This document shows positions 62,701-64,000 of a DNA stretch of 64,000 nt, one piece after another. Position numbers and translations under genes: made by a program. The number at the start of each line of letters is the position of its first letter. Position 1 is the first letter of the stretch. The notes under the pieces are model-generated. The model was not told the origin of the DNA, ran no database searches, and saw only the letters and a list, made by a program, of their open reading frames with translations. Location of the stretch: positions 27,530,001 to 27,594,000 of the forward strand of contig CM059432.1 of the NCBI GenBank assembly GCA_030390025.1, in the 5' to 3' direction. Source of the DNA: Squalus acanthias. Its lineage: Eukaryota.

Positions 62701-63656
62701 CTACGGTAATTAAATGCCTCGATCAGGTCTTTCCCCTTTGCGGGACGGCCAATTTTATCCACACTGATCGGGGTCCCTCCTTTATGTCGAGTGAACTTAA
62801 AAGTTATCTCTCCCAACGGGGAATCGCCTCAAGTAGGACGACACCATATCACCCAATCGGTAACGGACAGGTTGAACGATACAATGCCATCATCTGGAAC
62901 GCTGTCCGTCTGGCGCTAAGGTCACGCAACCTGCCGGACCAGCAGTGGGAAACGGTCCTCCCCGACGCGTTACACTCTATCAGGTCTCTTCTCTCCACAT
63001 CTACTAATGTCACGCCTCATGAGCGATTCTTCAAATTCCGGCGTCGCTCTACACATGGGACGTCTCTACCGTCATGGTTGGTGGCTCCAGGCCCGGTACT
63101 ACTCCGGAGGTTCGTCCGGTCTGCCAAAAACGACCCTCTCGTTGACGAGGTGGAGTTAACGGAGGTAAACCCCACGTATGCGCACGTACGGTACCCTGAT
63201 GGCCGGGAGACCACCGTCTCGCTCCGAGATCTGGCTCCCTGCCCAACCGGTCACACGGGCCCGAATGATGAAGGATCCCCCGACAATGATATCAACACTC
63301 CGCACCCCTATGAAAATGACGCCCCGCCTGGGACATCGGGGGATCTGCCGGCAACGCTACCGGATCAACTCAGGGAGCTGGACGCTCCCCGTAGGATGGC
63401 CACCCGAAACCAGGACGCCGGACAATCTCCAGCCACGACCCGGGATGAGGCCAGCTCAGCACCTGTGGGGACCCGCACCCGGAGTCATGATATTCCCAGT
63501 CCTCCACAGGATGATCAAGATGACGCGGACTCTACTGACTTACCGGTACGGGCCAAGCGACCCAGGGACCAGGACACGGTCCGGGGAGACGTGCCTTCCA
63601 GTCACAAGCAGAGAGCTAAACGTCTGCGGCTATTTCTGGTCCGCCTAGTCCGTTAA
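59715..63656 (+). CDS. Gag-Pol polyprotein, 1313 aa
   Basis: Two CX2CX4HX4C knuckles; protease LIDSCSSDSFI; RT LCIDY..FDLKSAYHQ..LPFG..YLDNI; RNase H CDAS..EKEA..TDQ..APD; integrase HHCC plus D(IDFKG), D(TDRG), E(GQVER). Confidence 0.96.
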   Translation: MEKLLRPARLDLDPNAPAAAKVWKHWFRTFSNFLEECGADVPNKLRMLINYVSPHVYDYIEDCIDYDTAIEILQQLYVKSPNEIFARHLLATTRQQPGESLDEFLQKLRRLSKDCNLKAVSAEQYQEELIRDSFINGIASPFIRQRLLENKTLNLRAAYDQACSLDLAKKNTDTYLPPRARAAAISFNESFGRSRADAPTDVDPILTDDDPTLEAFADDDPVLAASWQSGRKCFFCGGACHHRKFCPARNVTCNHCSKKGHFSKVCQSRASANKKGRSSKVYRSRAPVSFTAAIYGAAPPPRTTVKATVAEGKIAPPPITAVFPQSLSHAATKVSVNGHTLSALIDSCSSDSFISKQAVNRLKLHIYPSDREIAMALTTLTTNSSGFCLVNLILNGRTYLSTRLGVLANLCSDVLLGQDFQKQHKKITFEFGGSRPELTISKVPFCALSAALLGEPSLFANLPPRCKPIATKSRRFSQDDRAFIEAEISRLLVDGIIEPCSSPWRAQVVIVRNPLKQHKKRLCIDYSQTINLYTDLDAYPLPRIDDMVNNLAKYKVFSTFDLKSAYHQVPLQDSDKKYTAFEANGRLFQFRRLPFGVTNGVAVFQRAMDGLVRQENLTDTFPYLDNITIAGHDQKEHDANLQRFFDVLRRRHLTLNESKSVKSVPSVNILGYWVGNGVIKPDPERLRPLQELPPPTNLGSLRRALGMFAYYAKWIPHFSDKIQPLLHAKSFPLEATAISAFNLLKRQLEKATLRSIDENLPFVVECDASEVAISTTLNQGGRPVAFLSRTLQGSELHYPPVEKEATAIIEAVRQWGHFLARRHFTLITDQRSAAFMLDNRRRTKIKNNKIQLWRMELAAFGYTICYRPGKQNVAPDTFTRAFCSSMSTSTLADLHMDLCHPGVTRMLHFVRSKNLPFSTEDVKKTCSSCRICAELKPQFFRPSDGLLIHAMQPMQRLSIDFKGSLPSSTRNTYLLTMVVEYSRFPFAFPCPNMLTSTVIKCLDQVFPLCGTANFIHTDRGPSFMSSELKSYLSQRGIASSRTTPYHPIGNGQVERYNAIIWNAVRLALRSRNLPDQQWETVLPDALHSIRSLLSTSTNVTPHERFFKFRRRSTHGTSLPSWLVAPGPVLLRRFVRSAKNDPLVDEVELTEVNPTYAHVRYPDGRETTVSLRDLAPCPTGHTGPNDEGSPDNDINTPHPYENDAPPGTSGDLPATLPDQLRELDAPRRMATRNQDAGQSPATTRDEASSAPVGTRTRSHDIPSPPQDDQDDADSTDLPVRAKRPRDQDTVRGDVPSSHKQRAKRLRLFLVRLVR

Positions 63657-63694
63657 AGGAAGACTGGACTTCCAAACCTTTTAGGGAGGAAGAA

Positions 63695-63909
63695 TGTCAT
63701 AAATCGCAAGTAACAACTCAGGAAGTACTACTGGGCGGCCAGCTGGGGCGCCGTCCAGGGAGTATAAATACTCCGGCATGGGCCCACCTTGGACAGAGAC
63801 AATCTGGAAACAGGAAGCTAGTGACTGCTAACTAGACCTCCATGTTTTGTTACAAGTTGATTAAAGCCTTGCTTTATGTTCAAGTGCGTAGTGAGTCTTT
63901 ATTACGTCA
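63695..63909 (+). repeat. 3' LTR (215 bp)
   Basis: Direct repeat of 59400-59614, preceded by the polypurine tract. Confidence 0.97.
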
Positions 63910-64000
63910 CTCTCCACTTGTCTGGATGAGTGCAGCTCCAACAACACTCAAGAAGCTCGACACCATCCAGGACAAAGCAGCCCGCTTGATTCGCACCCCA

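Larger units (their letters stand above)
59400..63909 (+). mobile_element. Intact Ty3/Gypsy LTR retrotransposon (4510 bp)
   Basis: TG..CA LTRs at 59400-59614 and 63695-63909; TSD CTCTC (59395-59399 and 63910-63914); polypurine tract AGGGAGGAAGAA (63683-63694); domain order PR-RT-RH-IN. Confidence 0.98.
58380..64000 (+). mobile_element. CR1-group LINE fragment interrupted by a MITE and a Gypsy element
   Basis: LINE pieces 58380-58460, 59192-59399 and 63910-64000 join colinearly (..GGAATACTCTC|CACTTG..). Confidence 0.85.

Noticed and set aside
63250..63656. env gene or chromodomain after the integrase
   Set aside because: The tail is a P/D/T-rich low-complexity stretch with no chromodomain aromatic residues or transmembrane segment, and only 38 nt separate the stop codon from the 3' LTR.

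Overview
Eukaryotic, repeat-rich vertebrate DNA, most likely a cartilaginous fish (inferred from HE1/V-SINE-, Deu-SINE- and LF-SINE-like repeats and shark-type CR1/L2/Penelope families). The only host gene I can support is the 5' part of foxh1 (minus strand, coding exons 4792-5268 and 4570-4674; exon 3 not found in the window). The rest is mostly mobile DNA. (1) An intact, very young Ty3/Gypsy LTR retrotransposon (59400-63909) has identical 215-bp LTRs, a 5-bp TSD and one 1313-aa gag-pol ORF. It has no tRNA primer-binding site; instead, the 13 nt after the 5' LTR are perfectly complementary to a segment inside its own LTR, which suggests self-priming. (2) An apparently ORF1-less LINE has a tRNA-like 5' head, and a SINE in the window consists of exactly that head plus the LINE tail. 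(3) Penelope-like elements carry minimal hammerhead ribozymes, including a 460-bp fold-back insertion with a 15-bp TSD. (4) Decayed two-gene PIF/Harbinger transposons occur with related MITEs. (5) A 3.8-kb 34-bp minisatellite has expanded inside a MITE-like element. (6) A 303-bp inverted local duplication crosses repeat junctions. Repeat family names come from memory of consensus sequences, not from database searches.
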